Below, piece after piece: positions 20,108-28,893 of a DNA stretch of 64,000 nt. The stretch comes from Acidobacteriota bacterium (GTDB lineage: Bacteria; Acidobacteriota; UBA6911; RPQK01; JAJDTT01). The stretch spans positions 928,001-992,000 of the forward strand of contig CBDCJH010000002.1 in NCBI GenBank assembly GCA_965217775.1, read 5' to 3'. A program made the translations under genes and the position numbers. Every line of letters begins with the position of its first letter. Position 1 is the stretch's first letter. Under the pieces are notes generated by a model. The model was given only the letters and a program-made list of their open reading frames with translations, made no database searches and was not told where the DNA came from.

Positions 20108-21988
20108 TCAGTTCGAGCCCGAACCGGAGTAGTAGCCTTGTCGCGTGCGGGTCACCAGGTCCGGACGATCCCGGATCTCGATCCGGATGGAGCGCCAGGA
20201 CCGGTTCCGTTGCGGCTGGGGGACCGTGTAGGCGAGCAGATAGCGCACCCGCAGATCGTTCGCGATCTCCGAGAAGATGTCAGCCAGCTCCTGGACCCGG
20301 CGGGGCGAGTAGAATCGGGCGCCCGTCTGGTCGGCGATGCTGGCAAGCTGCCTGCGCGCTTGAAGGTAGACGTTCCGGTCCTGTTGCTTGATCGAAATGG
20401 TCGGACGCCTGCTCCGTGGAATTTTCTGAAGAAGGCGTCCCGCCATTCCGCGCGGCCTCCGGCCCACGTTGTTCCGGTGGTCCAGGAAGATGGGGTAGAT
20501 CAAGGAATCCGACTCCCGGATCTCCCCGAACAGTTGCCGGAACGTGGTGCGGGAACCCTCGGTGCGGTTACCGGTGAGCTGGTTGTCGACGCCATCGGTA
20601 AAGACCACGATGGCTTGACGCGCGTGGGTTTCGTCCGAGTATTCGTTCAGCGAGTCCATGAGGGCGTCGTAAAGTGCCGTCCCGCCGCCGGAGTAGATCC
20701 CGTCGATGGCGGTACGGACCTTCTCCCGATCGCTGGTGAAGGGAAGAATCAGCCAACTGCGGGAGTTGAAGGTGGCCACCGCGATCTGGTCGTTGGTTCT
20801 GATCTCCCGGGAGAAATCGGCCGAGGCCCTTCGGAGCAGGTCCAGATGGGGCCGGGTGCTTCCGCTCACGTCCAGCAGCAGAAGCACTCGAAACGGCGCC
20901 TCGGTAGGTTCGAACTTCTCGACGGTCTGGAGCACGTCATCCTCGTAGACCAGGAAGTCGTCCCGCGTCAGGTTCGAGACCCTCCGGTTGTTCCTCGGGT
21001 CCCGAACCGAGACGTTCAGGTAGACCCAGTTCACCAGGACCTTGAGAGCGTAGCCGGAACCGGAAGCCGGCTTGGGATCGGATTCCGAGTCACCGGATTG
21101 CTCTTTCTCGGACCAGACGCGGGTCGGCGCGTTCTCTGGAACCGGCGGCGGAACGTCCGGTTCCTGTTTCGCCTCCGGGACCTGGGAAATGGGTTGGACT
21201 CCAGTCGGGGGAAGCACTCGTTCGGCCGGCACCCGGTCGACTCTTTCCGGCCGGGTGCGAATGCTGTCGGGCCGGAAGATTTTGCAGAGCACGTTGCCGC
21301 TGAGACTGCTGGCGTAGAGAAGCGGTCCTCCGACGCCCAGGTTCCTCTGCAGGGATCCGTTACGCAGCTCCACGTCCCCGTTCCACGAGAGCGTGCCACC
21401 GGCTCGGATCCATCCACGAAGATCCAGGTCCGGGCTCAGTTGGCAGGTTATTTTTCCCCCGAACGACTCCAGACGGATGTCGCCTTGGGGTTGGGTTCCG
21501 GTCCGAAAGAGGATGTCTCCGCTCTGGCTGCGAAGAGACACGGAAGAGGTCACGTCCTCCGAGGTCAGCAGTCCGGAGAGTGTCCAGGCCTGCACCGGAC
21601 CTTCCAACCCGTGGAGTTCGATGGCACTATGGGTTCCCCACACCAGGATGCCGAGCGAGCGTGGAGCATGAATCTCCAGGTAGGCGGATTCGGACACGTG
21701 ATCGTCAAATCGAACCGAGATCCGGGTCTGTTCCGGGCCTTCCCGGGTCTTGAGGGTGATCTTGTCCAAACGATTCGGATCGGAAGCCAGCTTCCGAAAC
21801 TGGAGCCTGACCCGGTCGCCGTCCCATCCTCGGATGAACGTCCGCCCGAAGTCGTTGTGTACCTGGAGAGTTCCACCCGGCGCCACCGACAGCAGTTGCT
21901 CCCCGGTGGATTCGGATGCCCAGGAGGCGGGAGTCAGGAGTAGAGTGACGATAAGGAGTGGAATTGGAGTGCCTGAGATTTGTCGCAA
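20108..21988 (-). CDS. secreted protein: beta-repeat (DUF4097-like) N-terminus, Pro-rich linker, VWA domain
   Basis: Repeated xxSGxI/L beta motifs, MIDAS LLDVSGS, TALYDA, FTDGVD. Confidence 0.85.
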   Translation of the reverse strand: MRQISGTPIPLLIVTLLLTPASWASESTGEQLLSVAPGGTLQVHNDFGRTFIRGWDGDRVRLQFRKLASDPNRLDKITLKTREGPEQTRISVRFDDHVSESAYLEIHAPRSLGILVWGTHSAIELHGLEGPVQAWTLSGLLTSEDVTSSVSLRSQSGDILFRTGTQPQGDIRLESFGGKITCQLSPDLDLRGWIRAGGTLSWNGDVELRNGSLQRNLGVGGPLLYASSLSGNVLCKIFRPDSIRTRPERVDRVPAERVLPPTGVQPISQVPEAKQEPDVPPPVPENAPTRVWSEKEQSGDSESDPKPASGSGYALKVLVNWVYLNVSVRDPRNNRRVSNLTRDDFLVYEDDVLQTVEKFEPTEAPFRVLLLLDVSGSTRPHLDLLRRASADFSREIRTNDQIAVATFNSRSWLILPFTSDREKVRTAIDGIYSGGGTALYDALMDSLNEYSDETHARQAIVVFTDGVDNQLTGNRTEGSRTTFRQLFGEIRESDSLIYPIFLDHRNNVGRRPRGMAGRLLQKIPRSRRPTISIKQQDRNVYLQARRQLASIADQTGARFYSPRRVQELADIFSEIANDLRVRYLLAYTVPQPQRNRSWRSIRIEIRDRPDLVTRTRQGYYSGSGSN

Positions 21989-22082
21989 CCTTTCGTCTTC
22001 CTGATTCCATCTAACTAGACGAGGGGACCGCGAATTGGGTTCAGCGGAAGGTGGATTTGGTTACCGGTTAGAATTCCGGATC

Positions 22083-22943
22083 ATGGGGAGCTGGCGTATG
22101 TGGAAGAGGCGCGGAGTGTTTCTGGGACTGATGGTCTGGGCCCTCGCCGGAGGTTCCATCGTTGCTGAGGGGTCCCGGTACTTTCTCTATCTGTCCGATC
22201 AACGTGTCGTGACGGTGGAGTTGCTGGACCCCGCGATGGCGATCCTCAATTTCATCAACCTGGGAGACAGCTTCGAAGCGGTGCGGGCTTACGAGCTGGT
22301 GCTGGTGGACGCCAGTGGCCGAACCGGCCGGGGACACCTGATCGTCCGGGAGGATCCGCCCAGCCCGAGAGAGGTCTACCAGGTGAGCGGTCTGATCAAG
22401 CCCCGCTCCTTCCTGGGCTACAACATCGCGGGGCGGTATCAGTTCGCGACGCCTCCCGAAACGTGCTACCTCAAGGTGGGCGGACGCATTTTGGAACTGG
22501 AGCCCCTGAACGAGGAACAGTTCGACCAGTTGGCCTCCATGGTGTCCGAGCTGGATCTGGAGGCGGCCAATTCGGCCGCCATGGTGCGGGACGTCGGGTT
22601 CAACCGCGGGTATGGCGTTCTTCACAAGGCGTCGGAGGTCGACGCCCGGCTCCGCGGATATTTTCCGGACGAAGCAGTCATTCCCACCGTTCTGGTGGAG
22701 GGTTCCGAACCGCAACTGCCGAGCGATGCCTCCCATCTGAAGGATCCGGTGGTGGTGGTCGTCAGCATCTCCGTTAGTCCATGGGGAGGTGTCTTCGATC
22801 TGGAAGTGGTCGAGAGCGTCGACGAGAAGCTGGACCAGATGGCCCTCGACACGGTCCGCAACTCCTGGCGCTTCCTGCCGGCCATCTCCAAGGGAGAAAT
22901 CGTCGGCAGCGAGCTGACGCTGAACGTCCGGTTCAGAAGGTAG
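22083..22943 (+). CDS. secreted protein with a C-terminal TonB-like domain
   Basis: C-terminus VVVSISVSPWGGV...LDQMALDTVRNSWRFLPA..KGE.V...VRF matches TonB_C. Signal peptide present. Confidence 0.7.
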   Translation: MGSWRMWKRRGVFLGLMVWALAGGSIVAEGSRYFLYLSDQRVVTVELLDPAMAILNFINLGDSFEAVRAYELVLVDASGRTGRGHLIVREDPPSPREVYQVSGLIKPRSFLGYNIAGRYQFATPPETCYLKVGGRILELEPLNEEQFDQLASMVSELDLEAANSAAMVRDVGFNRGYGVLHKASEVDARLRGYFPDEAVIPTVLVEGSEPQLPSDASHLKDPVVVVVSISVSPWGGVFDLEVVESVDEKLDQMALDTVRNSWRFLPAISKGEIVGSELTLNVRFRR

Positions 22944-23025
22944 TAGGGGTGGCTGTTTCAGTCGGTATCGGCCCAGCCTCAATCCTTGGACCAGCAGGCA
23001 TCAGGTCGGACAACACCGGATATCC

Positions 23026-23062
23026 GTAGGGGCACCCCTTGTGTGTGTGGGTGGGTGCCCTC
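23026..23062 (+). repeat. GTAG-REP with an expanded (TG)n loop
   Basis: GTAGGGGCACCCCTTGTGTGTGTGGGTGGGTGCCCTC versus GTAGGGGCGCCCCTTGTGGGCGCCCTC at 55379. Confidence 0.65.
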
Positions 23063-23066
23063 TTAC

Positions 23067-23224
23067 CAGCCCGTGGCAAAAGTCATCACGGCATTCGACC
23101 GTCCCTGCATCCCGGCGGACGGCGTTGCGATTCGGGCACATACTCCCGGTATGCACCCGAATCGCGCCTTGTCCGGCGGGCGCAGGAACGGTCTCGGTGC
23201 TCGCGGGACTTTCACCACGGACTG
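23067..23224 (+). mobile_element. MITE family A, copy 1 (158 bp)
   Basis: TIRs CAGCCCGTGGCAAAAGTC / GACTTTCACCACGGACTG, flanked by a TTAC duplication. Confidence 0.93.
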
Positions 23225-23243
23225 TTACCTCCGAAGGGAGCCA

Positions 23244-24206
23244 TCACCCTTGGTACGGCGAAAGGGTCGGCCAAGCCCCGCGAACGCGGCCGTGGTGGCG
23301 TGTCAGCCGGGGGAAGTCGGGCGAGTTCGGATCCGGCCTCCGAGGCCGTAGATCCGGTCCGAGATAGAGACAGCCGACCTCCTCAGGAGGGAGCTTGCTC
23401 ACGGTCGCTCCGGCCGAATCCACCGCCGCGATCCAGCGCAGCTTCAGCATCCTGAGATCAAGCGGTTCCCTCAAACTGAGGTGATCGAGATCCGTCTGAC
23501 GATAGGCGACGTGCCGTCCCATCTGATCCAGCAGAAACTCCGGCGTGAAGCCGGGGTCTTTGCCGCTGGCCGCCCATACCAGACCGCCGAGCGAAAGATA
23601 CGTGTCGTGCAGGTGCAACACATCCACGAAGTCACGGATCTCACTGCGTCCCGCCAAGGCCAGGACCTTGTTGGTCGCAGCGTCGGCGTCGTGTAGCCGA
23701 TAACCGCAGAGGTCGTCCTTTTGGACCGGAAAAAAGCGGAAGGCGCTGTCGTAGGCCCATTCCATCTTCAGATGCTGATCCGCAATTACTACAATAGCTC
23801 GTTGGAACGTCGGGGTGCGCAGTAACCATGAGAACACGTATCCGGCATGCCGAAGCGATTTAGCATCCGCCGCCGCGCTCTGGGCGATGCTGTCGTCCAG
23901 GTCGTGGAACAGATCGATATCTTCCGAGAAACGTGGCGAATCGGCATCTCGATGTAGCAGTCCGTGGTGAAAGTCCCGCGAGCACCGAGACCGTTCCTGC
24001 GCCCGCCGGACAAGGCGCGATTCGGGTGCATACCGGGAGTATGTGCCCGAATCGCAACGCCGTCCGCCGGGATGCAGGGACGGTCGAATGCCGTGATGAC
24101 TTTTGCCACGGGCTGGTAGGACCGTAGCGCCCGCAACGTAGCTTTCCGGACTGCGATTGGCGGCGATCTGGCGCAGAATTTCGGCTTGTGAAGAGGTTAG
24201 CGGCAT
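23244..24206 (-). CDS. AbiEii/AbiGii-like nucleotidyltransferase carrying an in-frame 54-aa MITE insert
   Basis: Removing the insert gives YVAGATVL|HRDADSPRFSEDIDLF, plus NKVLALAGRSEIRDFVD, which fit type IV toxin NTase motifs. Confidence 0.8.
   Translation of the reverse strand: MPLTSSQAEILRQIAANRSPESYVAGATVLPARGKSHHGIRPSLHPGGRRCDSGTYSRYAPESRLVRRAQERSRCSRDFHHGLLHRDADSPRFSEDIDLFHDLDDSIAQSAAADAKSLRHAGYVFSWLLRTPTFQRAIVVIADQHLKMEWAYDSAFRFFPVQKDDLCGYRLHDADAATNKVLALAGRSEIRDFVDVLHLHDTYLSLGGLVWAASGKDPGFTPEFLLDQMGRHVAYRQTDLDHLSLREPLDLRMLKLRWIAAVDSAGATVSKLPPEEVGCLYLGPDLRPRRPDPNSPDFPRLTRHHGRVRGAWPTLSPYQG
23958..24115 (-). mobile_element. MITE family A, copy 2 (intragenic, in-frame)
   Basis: 158 bp with a CTAC duplication (GTAG on +), giving 162 bp net. 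Confidence 0.95.
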
Positions 24207-24445
24207 AGCTTCGCGGCTAGCAGAAATCCGGAATGGCCGCCGTTCTTTCTCAGACCATCGACAATCATTGGCAGGTCTGCGAGCGTTATTTCCAGGTCAG
24301 CGCGCAGGTACCAGAAACACTGCCCATGGAAACGCCGAAATGCCCACCTCGCGGTGCGCAAACGAGCCTCATCGGTCAGATCGGACGATGTCCCGGATGA
24401 TTGCTCTTGAGGGGAAACGCGCCCTTGCGCCACATCGGTCTGCAT
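24197..24445 (-). CDS. small protein overlapping the NTase start, putative antitoxin/partner
   Basis: 82 aa with FHGQCFWY...LRKNGG. Overlaps the downstream gene by 10 nt. Confidence 0.65.
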   Translation of the reverse strand: MQTDVAQGRVSPQEQSSGTSSDLTDEARLRTARWAFRRFHGQCFWYLRADLEITLADLPMIVDGLRKNGGHSGFLLAAKLCR

Positions 24446-24665
24446 GACGAATCTCCTTCGGGCGTTCGCCCGGTTTCCAACGTTTCTCGAAGTTTACCAG
24501 TCCGCGCCATTTGTCGTAGAGCATCGATATCGGTTGGCCCTGGGGGCCTATGCTGTACGATCCGCGACGCGGAATTCTGATTCGCATGTGAGCGTAACCA
24601 AAACCAGGAAAAAGAAAATCCCAGGATGCCGGGACACCTTCATCTTTCTACAGTAACCTGCACCC

Positions 24666-26213
24666 GTGACCAGACGCCGACTGCCCATCGGCATCCAGAC
24701 CTTCCGCAAGATTCGGGAGCAGGATTTCTACTACGTCGACAAGACGATCCATATTCGCCGGCTCCTCGGCCACGGCACGCACTACTTTCTGTCGCGTCCG
24801 CGGCGTTTCGGAAAAAGCCTGTTCCTCGACACCTTGAAGGAGCTGTTCGAGGGCAACGAGCCGCTGTTCGAGGGCCTCGACATCCACGACGGCTGGAACT
24901 GGTCGGTTCGCCATCCGGTGTTGAATCTGAGTTTCGGCCGCGGCAACAACAAAGAGCCGGGCTACGTCGAGGCGAATCTCATGGAGCAACTTGCCGCCGC
25001 CGAGCGTCGCGCGGGCGTCGTCGCCCACTACGCCACGGCGGCCGGACGTTTCTCCTCCCTGATCGAGGCATTGCATCGACAGACTGGCCATCCGGTGGCG
25101 GTGCTCATCGACGAATATGACAAGCCGATTCTGGATGCTCTGGAGGCGCCGGAGATCGCTCGCGCCAATCGCGACTTTCTGCGCGGCCTCTACGCCGTCG
25201 TCAAGGACAGCGACGCGCACATCCGGTTCAGCTTCATTACCGGAGTGAGCAAGTTCTCCAAGGGTAGCCTCTTCTCCGGCCTCAATAATCTCCAGGACAT
25301 CACTTTGGACCGGCGCTACTCTGCCATCTGTGGCTACACCGAGTCGGATCTGGACATGGTGTTCGCACCGGAACTCCCGGGCCTCGACCGCGATGATATC
25401 CGCGACTGGTACAACGGCTACAGTTGGTTCGGCCAGGAAAGGGTCTACAACCCTTTCGACATCCTCCTGCTCTTCGACAGTCGCAGATTCGGCGCCTACT
25501 GGTTCGAAACCGGCACACCCAAGTTCCTGGTCGACACGCTCTTCAAGCGGCAGGTCAGATCCGTGGCGTTGGATGACATGGTGGGGAGCAGCGATCTGCT
25601 GTCGACCTTCGACGTGGACGAAATGGCAACGGAAGCGCTGCTGTTCCAGACCGGTTACCTCACCATCACGGGGACCGAGGACCTTGGCGGAGAGCTACTC
25701 TATCGGTTGGGCTATCCCAACCGGGAGGTGCGGCAGAGCCTGAACCGAAGCCTGTTGCGCCACTTGGTGCGGGACTCGTCGCGTCAGATGGCCAACAGCG
25801 TCCGCCTGTACCGGCTGTTGGAGGCCAACGACTTCGCCGGACTCGAGACGCTGTTCCATGCCTTCTTCGCCAGCATCCCCTACGATTGGTACACGAACAA
25901 CGACATCGCCAACTATGAGGGCTACTACGCGAGCGTCGTCTACTCCTATTTCGCGGCTCTGGGTCTTGACATTACCGTGGAGGACAGCAGCAGCCACGGG
26001 CTCCTGGACATGGCGGTCCGTTTCAAAGGCAACGTCTACCTGTTGGAGTTCAAGGTGGTCGAGTTCGCCCCGGTGGGCGCCGCGATGGCGCAATTGAAGG
26101 CGAAGCGGTACGCGGACAAGTACCGTGGGTCAGGACAACCGATCTATCTGATCGCCGTGGAGTTCAGCCAGGAGTCCCGCAACCTGGTGGCGTTCGAGGT
26201 GGAGCGCGCTTGA
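24666..26213 (+). CDS. AAA-ATPase-like protein with a C-terminal PD-(D/E)XK nuclease (DUF1703/PDDEXK_9 type)
   Basis: LPIGIQTF, YVDKT, RPRRFGKSL, LIDEYDKP, WYNGY, YPNREV, D...EFK...Q...Y. Confidence 0.9.
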   Translation: MTRRRLPIGIQTFRKIREQDFYYVDKTIHIRRLLGHGTHYFLSRPRRFGKSLFLDTLKELFEGNEPLFEGLDIHDGWNWSVRHPVLNLSFGRGNNKEPGYVEANLMEQLAAAERRAGVVAHYATAAGRFSSLIEALHRQTGHPVAVLIDEYDKPILDALEAPEIARANRDFLRGLYAVVKDSDAHIRFSFITGVSKFSKGSLFSGLNNLQDITLDRRYSAICGYTESDLDMVFAPELPGLDRDDIRDWYNGYSWFGQERVYNPFDILLLFDSRRFGAYWFETGTPKFLVDTLFKRQVRSVALDDMVGSSDLLSTFDVDEMATEALLFQTGYLTITGTEDLGGELLYRLGYPNREVRQSLNRSLLRHLVRDSSRQMANSVRLYRLLEANDFAGLETLFHAFFASIPYDWYTNNDIANYEGYYASVVYSYFAALGLDITVEDSSSHGLLDMAVRFKGNVYLLEFKVVEFAPVGAAMAQLKAKRYADKYRGSGQPIYLIAVEFSQESRNLVAFEVERA

Positions 26214-26372
26214 CAGCCCGTGGCAAAAGTCGTCGCGGCATTCGACCGTCCCTGCATCCCGGCGGACTGTGTTGCGATTCGGCTCACATACTCCCGGTAT
26301 GCTCCCGAATCGCGCCTTGTCCGGCGGGCGCAGGAACGGTCTCGGTGCTCGCGAGACTTTCACCACGGACTG
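26214..26372 (+). mobile_element. MITE family A, copy 3 (159 bp)
   Basis: TTGA duplication that includes the ATPase stop codon. A few substitutions and a 1-bp insertion. Confidence 0.93.
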
Positions 26373-26418
26373 TTGACGGCGCGAGATCCTCCGCGGCGCG
26401 CTGCCAAATGGAGGGAAC

Positions 26419-27000
26419 ATGCCGATCTATGATGAATTCGAAGTGTCCCTGCGTTACATCGAACCACGCATCTGGCGGCGCTTCCAGATCGAGAGAAGAG
26501 CGACCTTCGCCCACCTCCACGTAGCGATTCAAGTCGGCTTCGGCTGGGAGCATGCTCACCTGTGGGAATTTCGCACCCGCGCCCGTCGCGGGCGGGCGCT
26601 GGCAGGCCCGGCGATGGACGACGTCTGGAGCCTGCGCGAACCGCCGCCCGATGCGGAATCGACCAAGCTGGCGGGGTTCTTCGGCCCTCGCAAGCACCGG
26701 AGATGCGTCTATGTGTACGATTTCGGCGACTTCTGGGTCCACGACGTGTTGTTCCGGCGGCGCTTCGCGTCCCAGGCGCGGTTCCATCGACGACTGATCG
26801 CCGGCGAGCGCTCCGGTCCACTGGAAGACTGCGGCGGCGTCCCCGGCTACGAACGGCTTGTTGAGTTCTTGCAGACGGGAGTCGATCCCTGGGAGGAAGA
26901 CCCCGCGGTGCTCAAGGAATGGTACGGCCACTGGGACCCGGAGGCGTTCGACCTCGAAACTGCCAGGATGCGCTTTGTCTGGCCCGGCCGCAGCACCTGA
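26419..27000 (+). CDS. plasmid pRiA4b ORF-3 / IS1096 passenger TnpR-like protein, copy A
   Basis: IEPRIWRRF, LH..IQ..FGW...HLWEF, YVYDFGDFWVH, PLEDCGGVPGY. RBS GGAGG. Confidence 0.9.
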   Translation: MPIYDEFEVSLRYIEPRIWRRFQIERRATFAHLHVAIQVGFGWEHAHLWEFRTRARRGRALAGPAMDDVWSLREPPPDAESTKLAGFFGPRKHRRCVYVYDFGDFWVHDVLFRRRFASQARFHRRLIAGERSGPLEDCGGVPGYERLVEFLQTGVDPWEEDPAVLKEWYGHWDPEAFDLETARMRFVWPGRST

Positions 27001-27164
27001 CGGCAGTCCCGGGAAAGCGCGAGACTGGCGATGGAACTTCTCCGCGGGACCGAGAAGGGGGACAGTCACTTTCTATCCTCGTGACTGCGGTCGTATCATC
27101 CTCCTTCCCCCTTACAATCCTGGGGGCCTATGGTATCAAGTACGGGACAGGCCTTGAGGAGTAA

Positions 27165-27322
27165 CAGTCCGTGGTGAAAGTCCCGCGAGCACCGAGACCG
27201 TTCCTGCGCCCGCCGGACAAGGCGCGATTCGGGAGCATACCGGGAGTATGTGCCCGAATCGCAACGCCGTCCGCCGGGATGCAGGGACGGTCGAATGCCG
27301 TGATGACTTTTGCCACGGGCTG
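27165..27322 (-). mobile_element. MITE family A, copy 4 (158 bp)
   Basis: GTAA duplication on both sides. Confidence 0.93.
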
Positions 27323-27403
27323 GTAAGGAAGCTCTACCGAATATCCCGACCGACGGACTGCTCATCGGCGAGGCCGGTCATTATGGATAAGGAGTCTCCA
27401 GCC

Positions 27404-27637
27404 ATGCAAAAGGTGCTGCACCTGAGAACGACAGTGCTGCCCGGAGGCAAAATTGAAATCGTGGACCGCGAACTTCCGGTGGGTGCGTCCGTTGACGTGG
27501 TCGTCCATCCCTTCTCGGTCTCGGCACAGCGGTCCGCCGTTGACATCCTGGACGAAGCGCCGGGCCGGCGCCTCTTCAAGACCGGAGAGGAGGTGGAGTC
27601 GTATCTGGAGGACGAGCGCGCATCGTGGGACCGCTGA
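27404..27637 (+). CDS. putative antitoxin of a type II TA pair
   Basis: RBS AAGGAG, 77 aa, ends YLEDERASWDR and overlaps the PIN gene. Confidence 0.7.
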   Translation: MQKVLHLRTTVLPGGKIEIVDRELPVGASVDVVVHPFSVSAQRSAVDILDEAPGRRLFKTGEEVESYLEDERASWDR

Positions 27638-28065
27638 CTCTTCCGCCTGACGGGCCAATCTATCTCGATGCCACTGGGTTCATCTATGGCGTGGAGCGCA
27701 TCGAACCCGACCGAGCGTTGCTTGAACCCATGTGGCGGCAGGCTCAGGCTGGGCAGTTCACCATCGTCAGTAGTGACTGGGTAATTCTGGAGACTCTCGT
27801 CAAGCCTCTGCGTGAGGGCGACACGGTTGTCGAGATGCTATTTCGCTCACTACTCGACGCCAATGAGGTGACTCTCATCCCGGCCACCCGCCCACTGTGG
27901 GAAGATGCCGCGCGTCTACGTGCCGAGACGGGCTTGAAGACGCCCGACGCGCTTCACGCGGCTACAGCTCTGTACGCCGAATGTACGCTCTTTGTCACCA
28001 ATGACGCGGACTTTCGACGGTTCGAGGACCTACCTGTCGTTGTCTTGGATGACCTTCTGGAATAA
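27625..28065 (+). CDS. vapC: PIN-domain (VapC-family) toxin
   Basis: IYLDAT, E in helix, LKTPDALHAATA, FVTNDADF. Confidence 0.88.
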   Translation: MGPLTLPPDGPIYLDATGFIYGVERIEPDRALLEPMWRQAQAGQFTIVSSDWVILETLVKPLREGDTVVEMLFRSLLDANEVTLIPATRPLWEDAARLRAETGLKTPDALHAATALYAECTLFVTNDADFRRFEDLPVVVLDDLLE

Positions 28066-28187
28066 GAGGGCCTGTTCGGCGTCCACGTCGGTCACTATCG
28101 CTGCAAATCGAAGCGAAGGGATCCAGGACGGTCGATTCCTGGGACTCCACCGGCACGCGGAATCCATGCTCCCGTCCAGTAGCCGCG

Positions 28188-28787
28188 GTGACCGAGACGT
28201 TGGCGCGCGCCACGTATGATGAATTCGAAGTGTTCCTGCGTTACATCGAACCACGCATCTGGCGGCGCTTCCAGATCGAGAGAAGAGCGACCTTCGCCCA
28301 CCTCCACGTAGCGATGCAAGTCGGCTTCGGCTGGCAGCATGTCCACCTGTGGGAATTTCGCACCAGTGCCCGTCGCGGGCGGGCGCTGGCAGGCCCGGCG
28401 ATGGCCGACGTCTGGAGTCTGTGCGAACCGCCGCCCGATGCGGAATCGACCAAGCTGGCGGGGTTCTTCGGCCCTCGCAAGCACCGGAGATGCGTCTATG
28501 TGTACGATTTCGGCGACTTCTGGGTCCACGACGTGTTGTTCCGGCGGCGCTTCGCGTCCCAGGCGCGGTTCCATCAACGACTGATCGCCGGCGAGCGCTC
28601 CGGTCCACTGGAAGACTGCGGTGGCGTCCCCGGCTACGAACGGCTTGTTGAGTTCTTGCAGACGGGAGTCGATCCCTGGGAGGAAGACCCCGCCGTGCTC
28701 AAGGAATGGTACGGCCACTGGGACCCGGAGGCGTTCGACCTCGAAACTGCCAGGATGCGCTTTGTCTGGCCCGGCCGCAGTACCTGA
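28188..28787 (+). CDS. plasmid pRiA4b ORF-3-like protein, copy B
   Basis: Near-identical to 26419..27000 from YDEF onward, with a different N-terminus and an uncertain start. Confidence 0.8.
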   Translation: MTETLARATYDEFEVFLRYIEPRIWRRFQIERRATFAHLHVAMQVGFGWQHVHLWEFRTSARRGRALAGPAMADVWSLCEPPPDAESTKLAGFFGPRKHRRCVYVYDFGDFWVHDVLFRRRFASQARFHQRLIAGERSGPLEDCGGVPGYERLVEFLQTGVDPWEEDPAVLKEWYGHWDPEAFDLETARMRFVWPGRST

Positions 28788-28893
28788 CGGCAGTCCCGGG
28801 AAAGCGCGAGACCGGCGATGGAACTTCTCCGAAACCGGGCCGGGAAGAACGGCCGCTACTACCTGTGGTTGCGGGTTGCGGGGGAGGATTCCT

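Noticed and set aside
26998-27045. Selenocysteine read-through (TGA followed by a CAGTC...GACTG hairpin) in the pRiA4b-like gene
   Set aside because: The TGA lies at the expected end of the domain, there is no redox-motif context, and the stem is disrupted in copy B.
23067-27322. Composite transposons bounded by MITE pairs
   Set aside because: Each copy has its own matching 4-bp duplication, which indicates independent insertions.
26428-28831. Diversity-generating retroelement TR/VR pair
   Set aside because: The differences are not adenine-specific, and there is no reverse transcriptase in the window.
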